Assembly (NCBI GenBank): GCA_039683575.1
Contig: JBDKRC010000027.1
Coordinates: 1,966-65,965 of the forward strand
Length of the DNA: 64,000 nt
Origin: Armatimonadia bacterium
GTDB taxonomy: Bacteria > Armatimonadota > Zipacnadia > Zipacnadales > UBA11051
Direction of reading: 5' to 3'
In this document: positions 37,480 to 46,995 of the stretch, piece by piece
How positions within the stretch are numbered: the stretch's first letter is position 1
Layout of the letters: the number at the start of each line of letters is the position of its first letter
Made by a program: the position numbers and the translations under genes
The notes under the pieces: model-generated
Database searches by the model: none
Seen by the model: the letters and a program-made list of their open reading frames with translations, nothing else
Told to the model about the DNA's origin: nothing

Positions 37480-38430
37480 TTAGCCGCCGAGACGACGGCG
37501 GGATGGTTGGGTCAGTGGCAACACCGGGCAGTGCGCTGGTTTGGCTGCGACGGCTTGGCGCAGGAGAGCCTGCAGGCGCTGCGGATGGTGCAGGGCCGGT
37601 CGCAGGTCTACTACGATGGGATCGATGGCGCAGCCGTGTGCGCGGCCGTCCACCGTCACAGGGACGCGGTGGCAGCGGGTACAGCCGGGGGCACGCTGCC
37701 AGCCGAGGAGGCCTACCGTGCCGAGGGCCAGCGGGATGTGGTATAGATCGGTGATGCCGGGGCTGGTCACAGGATGCAATTCACCCAGCCGCCACAGTTC
37801 CTGCGCGACCTCGGCCAGCGGTACGTGAAGCGCCTGGTAATCAGGGCCCACAGGAGGGTACTCCAGGAAGCGGACTTGCCAACGGTTGCGAGTAGTCAGG
37901 TCGGCAAGCTCCCCTATTTCTCCATCATTGAGGCCGCGACTGATTACGGCGTTGAGCCTGATGGGGCCCAATCCGGCTGCTTCGGCGGCGGCGAGGCCTT
38001 CCCAGACGGCGGGGAGGCAGTCTGAGCCGGTCAGGAGGCGATAGGTCCTGGGGTTGCGGCTGTCCAGGCGCACGTTGAGGCGCTGGAGGCCGGCGAGTGC
38101 CAGCGGCCGGGCCTGATCGGCGAGAAGCGTACCGTTGGTGGTCAGCGCCACCTCCGAGATGCCGGGCACCGTGGCGACGACGTGCACAAGGTCAATGATA
38201 TCAGGCCGCAGGAGCGGATCGCCACCGGTGAGACGGACGCGGGTGAAGCCGAGGTGGGCGGCTGCGGTCACGATTGCGCGCAAGTCTTCGAGAGCGGGAG
38301 CGGGAGGTGAGGCTGGGGAGGTGCAGCAGAGGCAGCGCACGTTGCAGGCGCCCCAGACGGACAGGTGCAGGCTGTCTACGCGCCTGCCCCTCCTGTCCGA
38401 CACGCACTGCCCCTGCCCTGCTCTGTCCAT
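37480..38430 (-). CDS. Diverged MoaA-like radical SAM/SPASM-twitch protein
   Basis: CNVRCLCC, RLTGGDP, LTTNG, CTRC...GC and C-terminal GG; several canonical MoaA residues are altered. Confidence 0.8.
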   Translation of the reverse strand: MDRAGQGQCVSDRRGRRVDSLHLSVWGACNVRCLCCTSPASPPAPALEDLRAIVTAAAHLGFTRVRLTGGDPLLRPDIIDLVHVVATVPGISEVALTTNGTLLADQARPLALAGLQRLNVRLDSRNPRTYRLLTGSDCLPAVWEGLAAAEAAGLGPIRLNAVISRGLNDGEIGELADLTTRNRWQVRFLEYPPVGPDYQALHVPLAEVAQELWRLGELHPVTSPGITDLYHIPLALGTVGLLGWQRAPGCTRCHRVPVTVDGRAHGCAIDPIVVDLRPALHHPQRLQALLRQAVAAKPAHCPVLPLTQPSRRRLGG

Positions 38431-38545
38431 GATTGCTCCTGGGCTGAAGGACGGACGGGGAGGAGCGGGGGTTCAAGACGGAGGCGACGCGGTAGTCGCG
38501 ATCAATTGATCGCTCGTACACGGGAGATTCATCTGGTGGGTCGGG

Positions 38546-39679
38546 CTATTTCAGCCAGCGGTCGAGCCAGTCGAAGGCCTTCTCCTGCATCGGGACGTTG
38601 AACTCGTGCGGACCGTCGTAGGTGACGCCCTGGAAGCGGTCGGGGACGCCGGCCTTGGCGTAGACCTTGCTGATCTTGTCGTACGCCTGCTGCACGCCCT
38701 CGTTGGTGAAGAGGCCGTCCTGGGTGCCCTGGATGCACATCAGGCCAGCGGGCGCGGCCATGCTGACGACGTCTGGGAGGTCTTGATACTGCCACAGTCC
38801 GGGAATCAGGCCCCAGTAGCCGATGCTGGTGAGTTTGGCCTTGAGCATGGCCTCGTAGGAGCACATCCAGCCGCAGACGACGGCGGCCTTGACGCGGGGG
38901 TGCAGGCCCGCCAGATGGGCCGAGCGGAAGCCGCCGACCGAGAGACCGCAGCAGCCGAGACGGTCGGGGTCAACCTCGGGGCGGGTCGCGAGATAGTCCA
39001 TGGTGCGGTAATCGTCCATGAACATCACGCCGGCCCAGGTGACGCCGGCTTCGAACAGGCCGACGGCGGTGCGGCCGGTGAAGTCGCCACTGCGGCGGTG
39101 GAAGGCTCCGATCTCCTCCTCGCTCATCTTCTCGGGATCGCGCCAGGACGGGGGATCTTCGTCGAGGACGAGGCGGCGCTCGCCCCAGTAGAACATGTCA
39201 ATGACCAGGACGACATAGCCCCGCCGCGCGAGTTCGCTGGCCCAGCTTCGTCCGCCGTACCCCATCTTCTTGAAGCCCGTCAGTGCCGGGTGCTCGTTTT
39301 CCACCTCGACGATCTTCTCTTTGCCCCACGCGAAGAAGGCGCCATGGTCGTGCAGGCCGACGATGCCTGGACAGGGGCGCGGGGCGTTGTCGGGGATAAG
39401 CAGAAAGGCGGGCACGCGGATGTGAGACGTAGTGTTGAAGTAGAGCTTCTCACGGACGTAGCCACGGCACTGGACGCGCTCCACGACCTCTGGGGCCGGG
39501 GCGACAGGCGGGGGATCGTAGTGCAGAAGCCCCCGGAGGTTGGCGCGGGCCTCGGTCTTCCAGGCTTCGAGGTCGGTGAAGCCGGGGTTGAGGTAGGATA
39601 GCGATAGCGACGAGTCATCGAGGAGTTGGCGGGTGAAGGGGTACAGAGTGCCGAGTTGGGCGCCGGGGGTGATTTCCAT
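38546..39679 (-). CDS. Alpha/beta hydrolase (dienelactone hydrolase / abhydrolase_7-like)
   Basis: PAFLLIP, IVGLHDHG, GCCGLSVGG nucleophile elbow, QGTQDGLF and GPHEF. Confidence 0.85.
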   Translation of the reverse strand: MEITPGAQLGTLYPFTRQLLDDSSLSLSYLNPGFTDLEAWKTEARANLRGLLHYDPPPVAPAPEVVERVQCRGYVREKLYFNTTSHIRVPAFLLIPDNAPRPCPGIVGLHDHGAFFAWGKEKIVEVENEHPALTGFKKMGYGGRSWASELARRGYVVLVIDMFYWGERRLVLDEDPPSWRDPEKMSEEEIGAFHRRSGDFTGRTAVGLFEAGVTWAGVMFMDDYRTMDYLATRPEVDPDRLGCCGLSVGGFRSAHLAGLHPRVKAAVVCGWMCSYEAMLKAKLTSIGYWGLIPGLWQYQDLPDVVSMAAPAGLMCIQGTQDGLFTNEGVQQAYDKISKVYAKAGVPDRFQGVTYDGPHEFNVPMQEKAFDWLDRWLK

Positions 39680-39780
39680 AGCAGATGAGCCTCCGCGGGA
39701 GATGGTGGAGTATTCGACGTGTTGGGTGGTAGTGCCTTCTGGGAGGACGAGAGCTGATAGGCGGGGAACTTTCTCCCGCT

Positions 39781-41997
39781 ATGAAGAAGCATTCCCACAT
39801 CCTGCTGCCCCTCGCAGTGTTCGTGCTCGCGCTGGGCGTGCGGCTGGTCTACCTGCTGCAGCTTCGCCACTCGCCCGGGTTCGCGTGCCCGATCATGGAC
39901 GCGGCGTACCATGACCAGTGGGCGCGACAGATTGCGGCGGGTGACTGGGTGGGTCGCGAGGCATTCTTTCGCGCTCCGCTATACCCTTACTTCCTGGGGA
40001 CGATGTACGCCGTCTTTGGGACGAATTACCTGGCAGTGCGGGTGGTACAGTTTGTGCTGGGGGCGCTGACGTGTGTGCTCATCTACTGGCTGGGGCTCAG
40101 CACGCGCGGGCGCGCAGTTGGCTTGCTTGCAGGGCTGGGCGCGGCGCTCTATGGGCCGATGATCTACTACGTGGGGGAACTGCAGCTACCGGTGCTGGAA
40201 ACGCTGTTTGCGGCAGGTCTGCTGCTGTCAGTGGCGGTGGCGATGAAGCGGCCGGAGCGGATGGGGCCGTGGGCTATGGCGGGCTTGAGCGTAGGGCTGT
40301 TTGCGCTCACGCGGCCCAATGTGCTGGTGTTTGTGCCGGTGCTGGCGATCTATATGCTGCTGAGGCTGGAGCGGAAGGCGGCCTGGAGGGGGATTGGGGT
40401 TCTGGCGCTGGTGACTGCGGTTTGTATCGCTCCGGCGACGATACGGAACTATGTGGTCAGTCATGACTTTGTGCTGATCTCGTCGCAGGCGGGCGTGAAC
40501 CTGTATATCGGCAACAACCCGCAGTCGGACGGGGTGACGGCGGTGGTGCCGGGGACGCGGGCGACGTGGTGGGGAGGGTACCGGGACACCATCAACATCG
40601 CCGAGCGGGCGGCGGGGCGGGCTCTGAAGCCTTCCGAGGTATCGGGGTACTGGATGAGGCAGGCGCTGGGGTTCATCGCGTCCCAGCCGGTCGAGGCCCT
40701 GCGGCTGACGCTGAAGAAGACGTTCCTGTTCTGGTATGGGCATGAGCTTGGCAACAATGAGGTGGTATATGCGGCGACGTGGCACTCGCCGCTGCTGGGG
40801 GCGCTAATGTGGCGGTGGGGGCCGTGGCGGTTCCCGTTTGGGTTGCTGGGACCGGTGGCGCTGGTCGGGATGGGACTGGTGCTGTTCCGGCGTGAGCAGT
40901 CGCTGATGCCCTCGGCCCTCTTTGTGCTGGCATACAGCGCGTCGGTGATCGCGTTCTTTGTCTGCTCACGGTATCGCATTCCATGTATGCCGGCGCTGCT
41001 CGTGTTGGCGGCGTATGCGGTGGTGGAAGCGGTGCAGGGGGCGCGAGGGAAGCAGTACCGGCTCCTGCTGGGGATGGTCGTGGTGGCGACAGGGCTGATC
41101 CTGCTGTTGAATCATGACTTCTATGGCGCGGGGGGCCTTGATCTGGAGAAGGCGCACCTGGACGATGCGTTCCGTTACGGGCAGATCGGGAAGGTCGCTG
41201 AGGCGGAGCGGGAGTACAGGCTGGCGATTGCAGCGGAGCCGACGCGGATTGAGCCGCGGTTCGGGCTGGCGCGGCTGCTGTACAAGCAGCAGCGCCTCGA
41301 TGAAGCCAAAGAGCTATACCGTGGGGTGCTGAGCCAGGACCCGAACCGGTGGGAGGCGCTGGTGGGGATGGCGGAGGTGCTGGGGGCGGAGAAACGGCCC
41401 GGAGAGGCCATTCCGCTGCTGCGGCGGGCGATTGCACTGGACCCGGCGGGCACGGAGGCATACGGGGTGCTGGCGGGGTGCCTGCAGGCGATGGGGCGCA
41501 AGGCCGAGGCGGAGCAGACGCTCCTGAGCGCACCGCGCGACGAGGCTGGTGGGGAACTGATTGACCGTCAGCTCGCGCAGGCGGCCTTTGAGAAGGGGGA
41601 CTATGCAGGGGCGGAGGAGCTTTACCGGAAGGCGCTGGCACGCCAGCCGGGGGATGCAGCGACGCTATTGCTGCTCGCGCAGAGCCTGCTGAGCCAGAGC
41701 AAGCTGGCAGAAGCGGAGGAGGCGGCTCGAAAGTCCCTGGATGCAAGGCAGAGCGCCGAGGCGTGGCAAGTTGTGGCGATTTGCCGGATCAGCCAGAATG
41801 ATGCACAGGGGGCCATGGTAGCAGCGACGCGGGCGGTGGAGTTGGACCCGGCGGCGCTGCAGGCGCGGTTCATCCTGGCGGGATGCCTGTACGAGCGAGG
41901 ACAGCGGGAGGCTGCGGCCAAGCACTGTAAGGAGATCCTGCGCCAGCAGCCGGGCTTCAAGCCGGCAAAGGACTTGCTGGAGCATTTGGGACAATAG
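39781..41997 (+). CDS. GT39/PMT-like membrane glycosyltransferase fused to TPR repeats
   Basis: DAAYHDQWA...FRAPLYPYFL, LTRPN, GVNLYIGNN and RYRIP motifs; C-terminal TPR repeats. Confidence 0.85.
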   Translation: MKKHSHILLPLAVFVLALGVRLVYLLQLRHSPGFACPIMDAAYHDQWARQIAAGDWVGREAFFRAPLYPYFLGTMYAVFGTNYLAVRVVQFVLGALTCVLIYWLGLSTRGRAVGLLAGLGAALYGPMIYYVGELQLPVLETLFAAGLLLSVAVAMKRPERMGPWAMAGLSVGLFALTRPNVLVFVPVLAIYMLLRLERKAAWRGIGVLALVTAVCIAPATIRNYVVSHDFVLISSQAGVNLYIGNNPQSDGVTAVVPGTRATWWGGYRDTINIAERAAGRALKPSEVSGYWMRQALGFIASQPVEALRLTLKKTFLFWYGHELGNNEVVYAATWHSPLLGALMWRWGPWRFPFGLLGPVALVGMGLVLFRREQSLMPSALFVLAYSASVIAFFVCSRYRIPCMPALLVLAAYAVVEAVQGARGKQYRLLLGMVVVATGLILLLNHDFYGAGGLDLEKAHLDDAFRYGQIGKVAEAEREYRLAIAAEPTRIEPRFGLARLLYKQQRLDEAKELYRGVLSQDPNRWEALVGMAEVLGAEKRPGEAIPLLRRAIALDPAGTEAYGVLAGCLQAMGRKAEAEQTLLSAPRDEAGGELIDRQLAQAAFEKGDYAGAEELYRKALARQPGDAATLLLLAQSLLSQSKLAEAEEAARKSLDARQSAEAWQVVAICRISQNDAQGAMVAATRAVELDPAALQARFILAGCLYERGQREAAAKHCKEILRQQPGFKPAKDLLEHLGQ

Positions 41998-42065
41998 AGC
42001 CGGAGGTTTGCCACGAGCCTACGCCGAAGCAGTCAACATCACGCCGCATCTGCAGGAGGTCTGTC

Positions 42066-43652
42066 ATGTACCGACTCACCATTCCGTTGCTGTTGCTGTG
42101 TGCTGCTCTCGCGAGCGCACAAACTGTGTGGGTGGCATCGCCGTGGGAGCACGTTCTGAAGACGTCCGAGCCGGGGACGGTGACGGCGGCGACACTGCAG
42201 TCTGCTGCCAATGAGTACGAGCCTTTCCGCGTGATCGTGCGGGCGGGCGAGACGGCGTTGCCGAACGTAACCCTCAAGGCCTCGGCTCTCAATGGACCGA
42301 AGGGAAGCATTGCGGCCAGGGACCTGACACTCTTCAGGGAGTACTATCTGAACGTATCCGCGCCCAGCCTGCGCTCGACCGCGCCGACGGGATGGTACCC
42401 GGACGCGTTGATCCCGTTTGTGGACCCCATCACGGGCAAAGATATCGAAGGCGCGAAGTATGACGCCACGCCGTACACCATCGAGCCCAGCAGCAATCAG
42501 GGGTACTGGATCGACGTCCATGTGCCGAAGGGGACGGCGCCCGGGGACTACAGGGGCACGGTGACCGTGACCTCGGCGGGCAAGACAGTCGCGACGGTGC
42601 CGGTGTCGCTGACGGTTTGGGGCTTTGAACTCCCCGAGACCATTGCCATGCAGTCGAACTTCGGTAGCCTGGGCAGCCGGCTGGCCAAGAAGAACAACCT
42701 GCAGCCCAACTCACCCGAACTGGCAGCGACCGAGGACTTGTACATCGATGAGTTCCTGGCGCACCGCGCCGTGCCGGGGAGCCTCGGCAACATCTGGCCT
42801 ACGGTCAAGGATGACGGAACTGTCGATGACAGCCAGACGGGGGCGCGACTACGGGACCTCGTAGTGAACAAGCACGTGAACGCGCTGAAGCTGCCGTTCT
42901 CGATGAGTGATCCCGAGAAGTGCAAGCGGGACCTGCGGGCGTATGCGAAGTACCTGCGTGAGAAGGGTTGGCTCAAGCTGGCGTATGTATACATGCGGGA
43001 TGAGCCTAACAATGCAGAGGACTATGAGACGGTACGCAAGCAGGGGGCGTTGATCAAGAAGGCCGACCCGGAAATTGGGCGGATGTGCACCGAGCAGACG
43101 ATCAGCTCGAACCCTGAGTGGGGCAACCTGTACGGCGCAGTCAACATCTGGTGCCCACTGTGGGGGCTTTGGGACGAGCCGACAGCCAAAGAGCGGTTGG
43201 CAGCAGGCGAGCGGCTGTGGAGTTACACAGCGCTCTGCCAGGGCAATGCGCCATTTTGGCAGGTAGACTTCGCACCGGTGAGTTTCCGCGCGCCGTTCTG
43301 GATTAGCTGGCGCTATGACATCGAGGGCTTCCTGTACTGGTCAAGCATCTACTGGGACGCGTATGAGGACGTGTGGAACAACCCGCACTTCCGCGACAAG
43401 TACTGGGGCGAGGGCATGCTGGTCTACCCGGGCCTTGAAGCCGGGATCAAGGGACCGGTAACGTCCATACGGCTCAAGCTCGTGCGCGAGGCGCTCGAGG
43501 ACTTTGAGTACATGACGCTGGCGGCGAAGCAGGGCAAGGGCGAGCGCGTGGACCACATCGTCAACAGCGTGGTGCAGTCGTTCCAGGTGTGGGATCACAA
43601 TCCAGAGGAGTATGCGAAGGCACGAGAGAGGCTGGCGCGGCTCATCCAGTAG
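42066..43652 (+). CDS. Secreted DUF4091/DUF6067-type (GH123-like) glycoside hydrolase
   Basis: AANEYEPF, YMRDEP, EGFLYW, EGMLVYPG and SIRLKLVREALEDFEY motifs. Confidence 0.8.
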   Translation: MYRLTIPLLLLCAALASAQTVWVASPWEHVLKTSEPGTVTAATLQSAANEYEPFRVIVRAGETALPNVTLKASALNGPKGSIAARDLTLFREYYLNVSAPSLRSTAPTGWYPDALIPFVDPITGKDIEGAKYDATPYTIEPSSNQGYWIDVHVPKGTAPGDYRGTVTVTSAGKTVATVPVSLTVWGFELPETIAMQSNFGSLGSRLAKKNNLQPNSPELAATEDLYIDEFLAHRAVPGSLGNIWPTVKDDGTVDDSQTGARLRDLVVNKHVNALKLPFSMSDPEKCKRDLRAYAKYLREKGWLKLAYVYMRDEPNNAEDYETVRKQGALIKKADPEIGRMCTEQTISSNPEWGNLYGAVNIWCPLWGLWDEPTAKERLAAGERLWSYTALCQGNAPFWQVDFAPVSFRAPFWISWRYDIEGFLYWSSIYWDAYEDVWNNPHFRDKYWGEGMLVYPGLEAGIKGPVTSIRLKLVREALEDFEYMTLAAKQGKGERVDHIVNSVVQSFQVWDHNPEEYAKARERLARLIQ

Positions 43653-43685
43653 CGGACGGCGTTGATAGCTGATAGCAAAGGCAAG

Positions 43686-43720
43686 AAAGCGGGGACCGAC
43701 ACTGTGTCGGTCCCCGCTTT
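43686..43720. terminator. 17-bp perfect inverted repeat, likely bidirectional terminator
   Basis: AAAGCGGGGACCGACAC-T-GTGTCGGTCCCCGCTTT between the convergent stops at 43652 and 43744. Confidence 0.8.
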
Positions 43721-43743
43721 GTTTTGGGTGGGTTCCCTCTGCC

Positions 43744-45087
43744 CTACTTCGCTGGGAAGACGCCCATCAGGGCTTCTACGAAGAGTTCGTGGCCGCGAGC
43801 GTCGGGGTGGTTGATCCAGTTGGCTTCGTAAGTGATGTATGGGATGCCCTGGCGCCAGAGGCGGCACCATAGCGCTGAGCCGTCGGCGAGGGCGATGTTG
43901 TTTTCGCGGGCGAAGGCTTTCAGGTCGCGGACATACGGGCGGGGGTCCTCGTCGAAGCGCGCTTCGGTGACCTTCATCCAGTCCGGGCGCGTGAGGTGGG
44001 GGGCGATGAGGATGACTTCGGCTCCGGTGCCGGTGATCTGGGCCATGATCTCTGTGTACTGCTTATTGAGAGCGTCGCCATTGAGCCAGGCGTCATTGAC
44101 GAACTCAATCGTGACCAGGTCGGGCTTGGGCTCTAGCACGTCGCGCACAAAGTCCTTTTCGCTGCCGCGGGGCTGGGCCATGTAGGTACGGCTGTCCCGG
44201 CCGCCCCAGCCTGCGGTGCGAAGCTCGATCTGCGCCTGCGGGAAGCGCTTGCGAAGCTCGGCAGCGAAGCGGTTCTGGTACCACAACTCGGTCTGGTTGC
44301 CGACGCCGCCGCCACAGGTGACGCTGTCGCCCCAGGCGATGATGAGCACCTTCTCGCCCTTGCGCAGCTTGGCGAGGGTCTTGGGCAGCAGCTTCTCGGC
44401 CTGCGCCTCGGCGGTCACTGGCACCGTCGGCTCGATCGGATAGAGATTCGCGTCGGCGAGCTTAGTGGTCGGTCCGGACAGCCAGACGTTGGCGATGGCG
44501 GTTTCGCCGGCGGACGGCGTGGGCGGCTTGGCAAGGTTGGCGGCAGGGGTGCCTGGGACGACCTTTAGCTGGCCGTTGGCCTCTACCACGATGCTATCGA
44601 GGCGACAGGGGACGTAGTCGTAGTCGAGATATACCTTCTGCTTCTCGGCGATGCGGCTGCCTTCGATGCGGCCGAGGGCGGTCCAGTAGCTCTCCAGACC
44701 GTAGTCTTTGTCGAGTACGAAGGCCTCGGCGTCTCCGGGACCGGACTTCACCTTCAAGCTGCCTTCCACCAGCAACCCGGTGCAGACGCACTCCTGGGCG
44801 GCGAGGGGGCGCGGGTGCAGGCCGCGGCGATACGGGGCGGCTTTGGGGTCGAACATCGGCAGGCTGGCGTACTCCTCGTCGCGTACGGAAACGGCCTGCG
44901 GGGGAGCTATGGTCACTACGACGGGTTGGGCGACGTTGATGGCACGTCCGCCGAGGTTGACCTGTCCAGGGCCGACGCGCACCTGCCAATCACCGGATAC
45001 CTCAATAGGCATGCCTTTGTGGGCGGGCATGGCGGAGACGAGAGTTGCGGCCAGGAGGGTAAGGGCGAGGGTTGTCCAGAGGTGCAT
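43744..45087 (-). CDS. Secreted SGNH/GDSL hydrolase
   Basis: WGDSVT, AGWGG, IEFVND and NHPDARGH blocks; signal peptide. Confidence 0.88.
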   Translation of the reverse strand: MHLWTTLALTLLAATLVSAMPAHKGMPIEVSGDWQVRVGPGQVNLGGRAINVAQPVVVTIAPPQAVSVRDEEYASLPMFDPKAAPYRRGLHPRPLAAQECVCTGLLVEGSLKVKSGPGDAEAFVLDKDYGLESYWTALGRIEGSRIAEKQKVYLDYDYVPCRLDSIVVEANGQLKVVPGTPAANLAKPPTPSAGETAIANVWLSGPTTKLADANLYPIEPTVPVTAEAQAEKLLPKTLAKLRKGEKVLIIAWGDSVTCGGGVGNQTELWYQNRFAAELRKRFPQAQIELRTAGWGGRDSRTYMAQPRGSEKDFVRDVLEPKPDLVTIEFVNDAWLNGDALNKQYTEIMAQITGTGAEVILIAPHLTRPDWMKVTEARFDEDPRPYVRDLKAFARENNIALADGSALWCRLWRQGIPYITYEANWINHPDARGHELFVEALMGVFPAK

Positions 45088-45143
45088 AATGGGGCTCCTG
45101 TGACGGTGGTGTGGGTTCGAGACGCACCCAACTACGCGTTAAG

Positions 45144-46097
45144 CTAGAGCGGAGTGACCTGGGCCGCCTCGACGCCGCCATGTTCCTTGAGGAAGCGTTC
45201 TACTTCGCGGCGGCGCGGGAGACTTGGCTGGGCACCGAATTGCGTGCAGGCAAGCGCCCCGCAGGCGTTGCCGAAAGCGAGAGCGTGGTTGACGGGCAGG
45301 CCCTCCGCCAGGGCTACTCCAAGCCCGGCGGCAAAGGCGTCGCCGGCACCGGTGGTGTCTACTACGCACACCGAGTAGCCGGACACGAGGCGGCAGCCGT
45401 CGGGGTCGCAGACGATGCAGCCATCCGGGCCGCGCTTGACGATGGCGATTTTCACGCCCTGCGCGTGGATCTCGCGGGCGGCTTTGGCGGCGGTGGCGTG
45501 ATCGGTTACTTCGTACCCGAGCACGGCCTCGGCCTCAGTCTCGTTGGGCGTGAGGATAGTCGCCTTGTTCCAGTTCTTCGGGAGCTTGCCCATGGCGGGC
45601 GTGGGGTCCATCAGGACTGGCGTCTGGCCACTGATCGCAATTTCGACGAACAGCTCCACGCTCTCCAGCGGAACGGCGAACTGGACCAGAGCGATATCTG
45701 CCTGACGGATAACCGGTGTGGCATCATCAACGTAGCGCGGGGCACACTCGAGATTGGCGCCGCCGACCGAGAGAATGCTGTTCTGGCCGTCAGGCGAGAG
45801 CGCGATAAAGGCCGAACCGGTGGCCACATCATCGTCGGAGCCGATGTACCGGGTCTCGACGCCCTCCCGGCGGAGATTGTCGAGGAGTTGCGGGCCGAAG
45901 CAATCCTGCCCGACGCGGCCGATGAGAGTGGTCTGTGCGCCCAGACGGGCGGCCGTAACGGCCTGGTTGGCACCTTTGCCGCCGGCCACGAACTTGAGGT
46001 CCGTGCCCAGCAGGGTCTCGCCGGGACGCGGCATGCGCTCGGCGCGCATGACGAAGTCCTGGTTGATGTTGCCTAGTACCGCCACTTTGGGAGCCAT
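45144..46097 (-). CDS. rbsK: Ribokinase (PfkB family)
   Basis: GGKGANQAV, GRVGQD, PNETE and DTTGAGDAF motifs; ATG at 46097. Confidence 0.9.
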   Translation of the reverse strand: MAPKVAVLGNINQDFVMRAERMPRPGETLLGTDLKFVAGGKGANQAVTAARLGAQTTLIGRVGQDCFGPQLLDNLRREGVETRYIGSDDDVATGSAFIALSPDGQNSILSVGGANLECAPRYVDDATPVIRQADIALVQFAVPLESVELFVEIAISGQTPVLMDPTPAMGKLPKNWNKATILTPNETEAEAVLGYEVTDHATAAKAAREIHAQGVKIAIVKRGPDGCIVCDPDGCRLVSGYSVCVVDTTGAGDAFAAGLGVALAEGLPVNHALAFGNACGALACTQFGAQPSLPRRREVERFLKEHGGVEAAQVTPL

Positions 46098-46167
46098 ACT
46101 GCCCTCGCCTGATGCAGGAATGATCACATTGGTGAGCGTTCCTGCAGGAGTGGTCACATTGGTGAGC

Positions 46168-46944
46168 CTACAGGCCCGTGCGGGTGAGCGTGAGGCCGAC
46201 GTTGATGCGATCCCAATCTACTACGCCCAGCATGCCGATGAGGTGGAACTGTTCGCCACTGTGCCACAGATCGTACGCGGTGCCGAAGTTGGGGTTCCAG
46301 CCGTCATATTCGCCAAAGAGCTTCCAGCGGGGCTGTGGCTGGTAGCTAACGCCGCCAAAGGGGCGGTTGTGGAAGCGGCCGTTGCCGTAGCCCAGGGTGT
46401 AGTACATGGGCTTTTCCTCGGTTCCGGCTTCGCGGGTGGCGACGATGAAGAATGACTTCCCGGCGCCTTCGCCAGGCCGCGCCACGGTGGCAGAGCGCTC
46501 GTTGAACAGATCTACGACGCCGACGGAGATGCCAGGGTGATTGGCAGTTTCGCGCTTGACCTGGAACTGCACGTTGTAGGCGGATTCGAGGCTGCCGCCG
46601 TTGCCGGTGCCCATATCCATGAGCCAGAGAGCGTGCTCGCCGAAGAGGCCCAGGCCCCAGGCAAACGTGCCGTTGACGTCGTCGCCTTCCCAATCTGTGG
46701 GGAAGTTGCCGGTGAAGTCCGCGACGGAAGCGGCAAAGCTGTAGTTGCCCGCGCCGGGGGTATAGCCGACGGGGATATTCATCTGGAAGGCGCCATCGAA
46801 GCCGGCATGGCCGGCAGGATCCACTCCGTAGCCGCCGCCGGGCAGCCCGGAGGAGTAGCGGAACTCGGGAAATTCTCTGAATTCATCGGCCCAGACGGGG
46901 GCAGAGAGGGCTGCGACTACGGTAACGATGAGAAAATAACGCAT
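46168..46944 (-). CDS. Outer-membrane beta-barrel-like protein (YjbH-like)
   Basis: Signal peptide, alternating aromatic beta strands, YTLGYGNGRF...GEYDGWN. Confidence 0.55.
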   Translation of the reverse strand: MRYFLIVTVVAALSAPVWADEFREFPEFRYSSGLPGGGYGVDPAGHAGFDGAFQMNIPVGYTPGAGNYSFAASVADFTGNFPTDWEGDDVNGTFAWGLGLFGEHALWLMDMGTGNGGSLESAYNVQFQVKRETANHPGISVGVVDLFNERSATVARPGEGAGKSFFIVATREAGTEEKPMYYTLGYGNGRFHNRPFGGVSYQPQPRWKLFGEYDGWNPNFGTAYDLWHSGEQFHLIGMLGVVDWDRINVGLTLTRTGL

Positions 46945-46995
46945 GGGGGGACTTCCTCCTGAATCGATGGTGGTAGCTTAATGCGGGGGCAGGTG

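Noticed and set aside
38431-38545. Moco riboswitch upstream of the MoaA-like gene
   Set aside because: The region is short and I could not find the expected conserved multi-stem pattern; an Rfam scan would settle it.
39781-41997. GT39-TPR fusion as a novel system
   Set aside because: A common architecture in many bacteria, with no unusual neighbours here.
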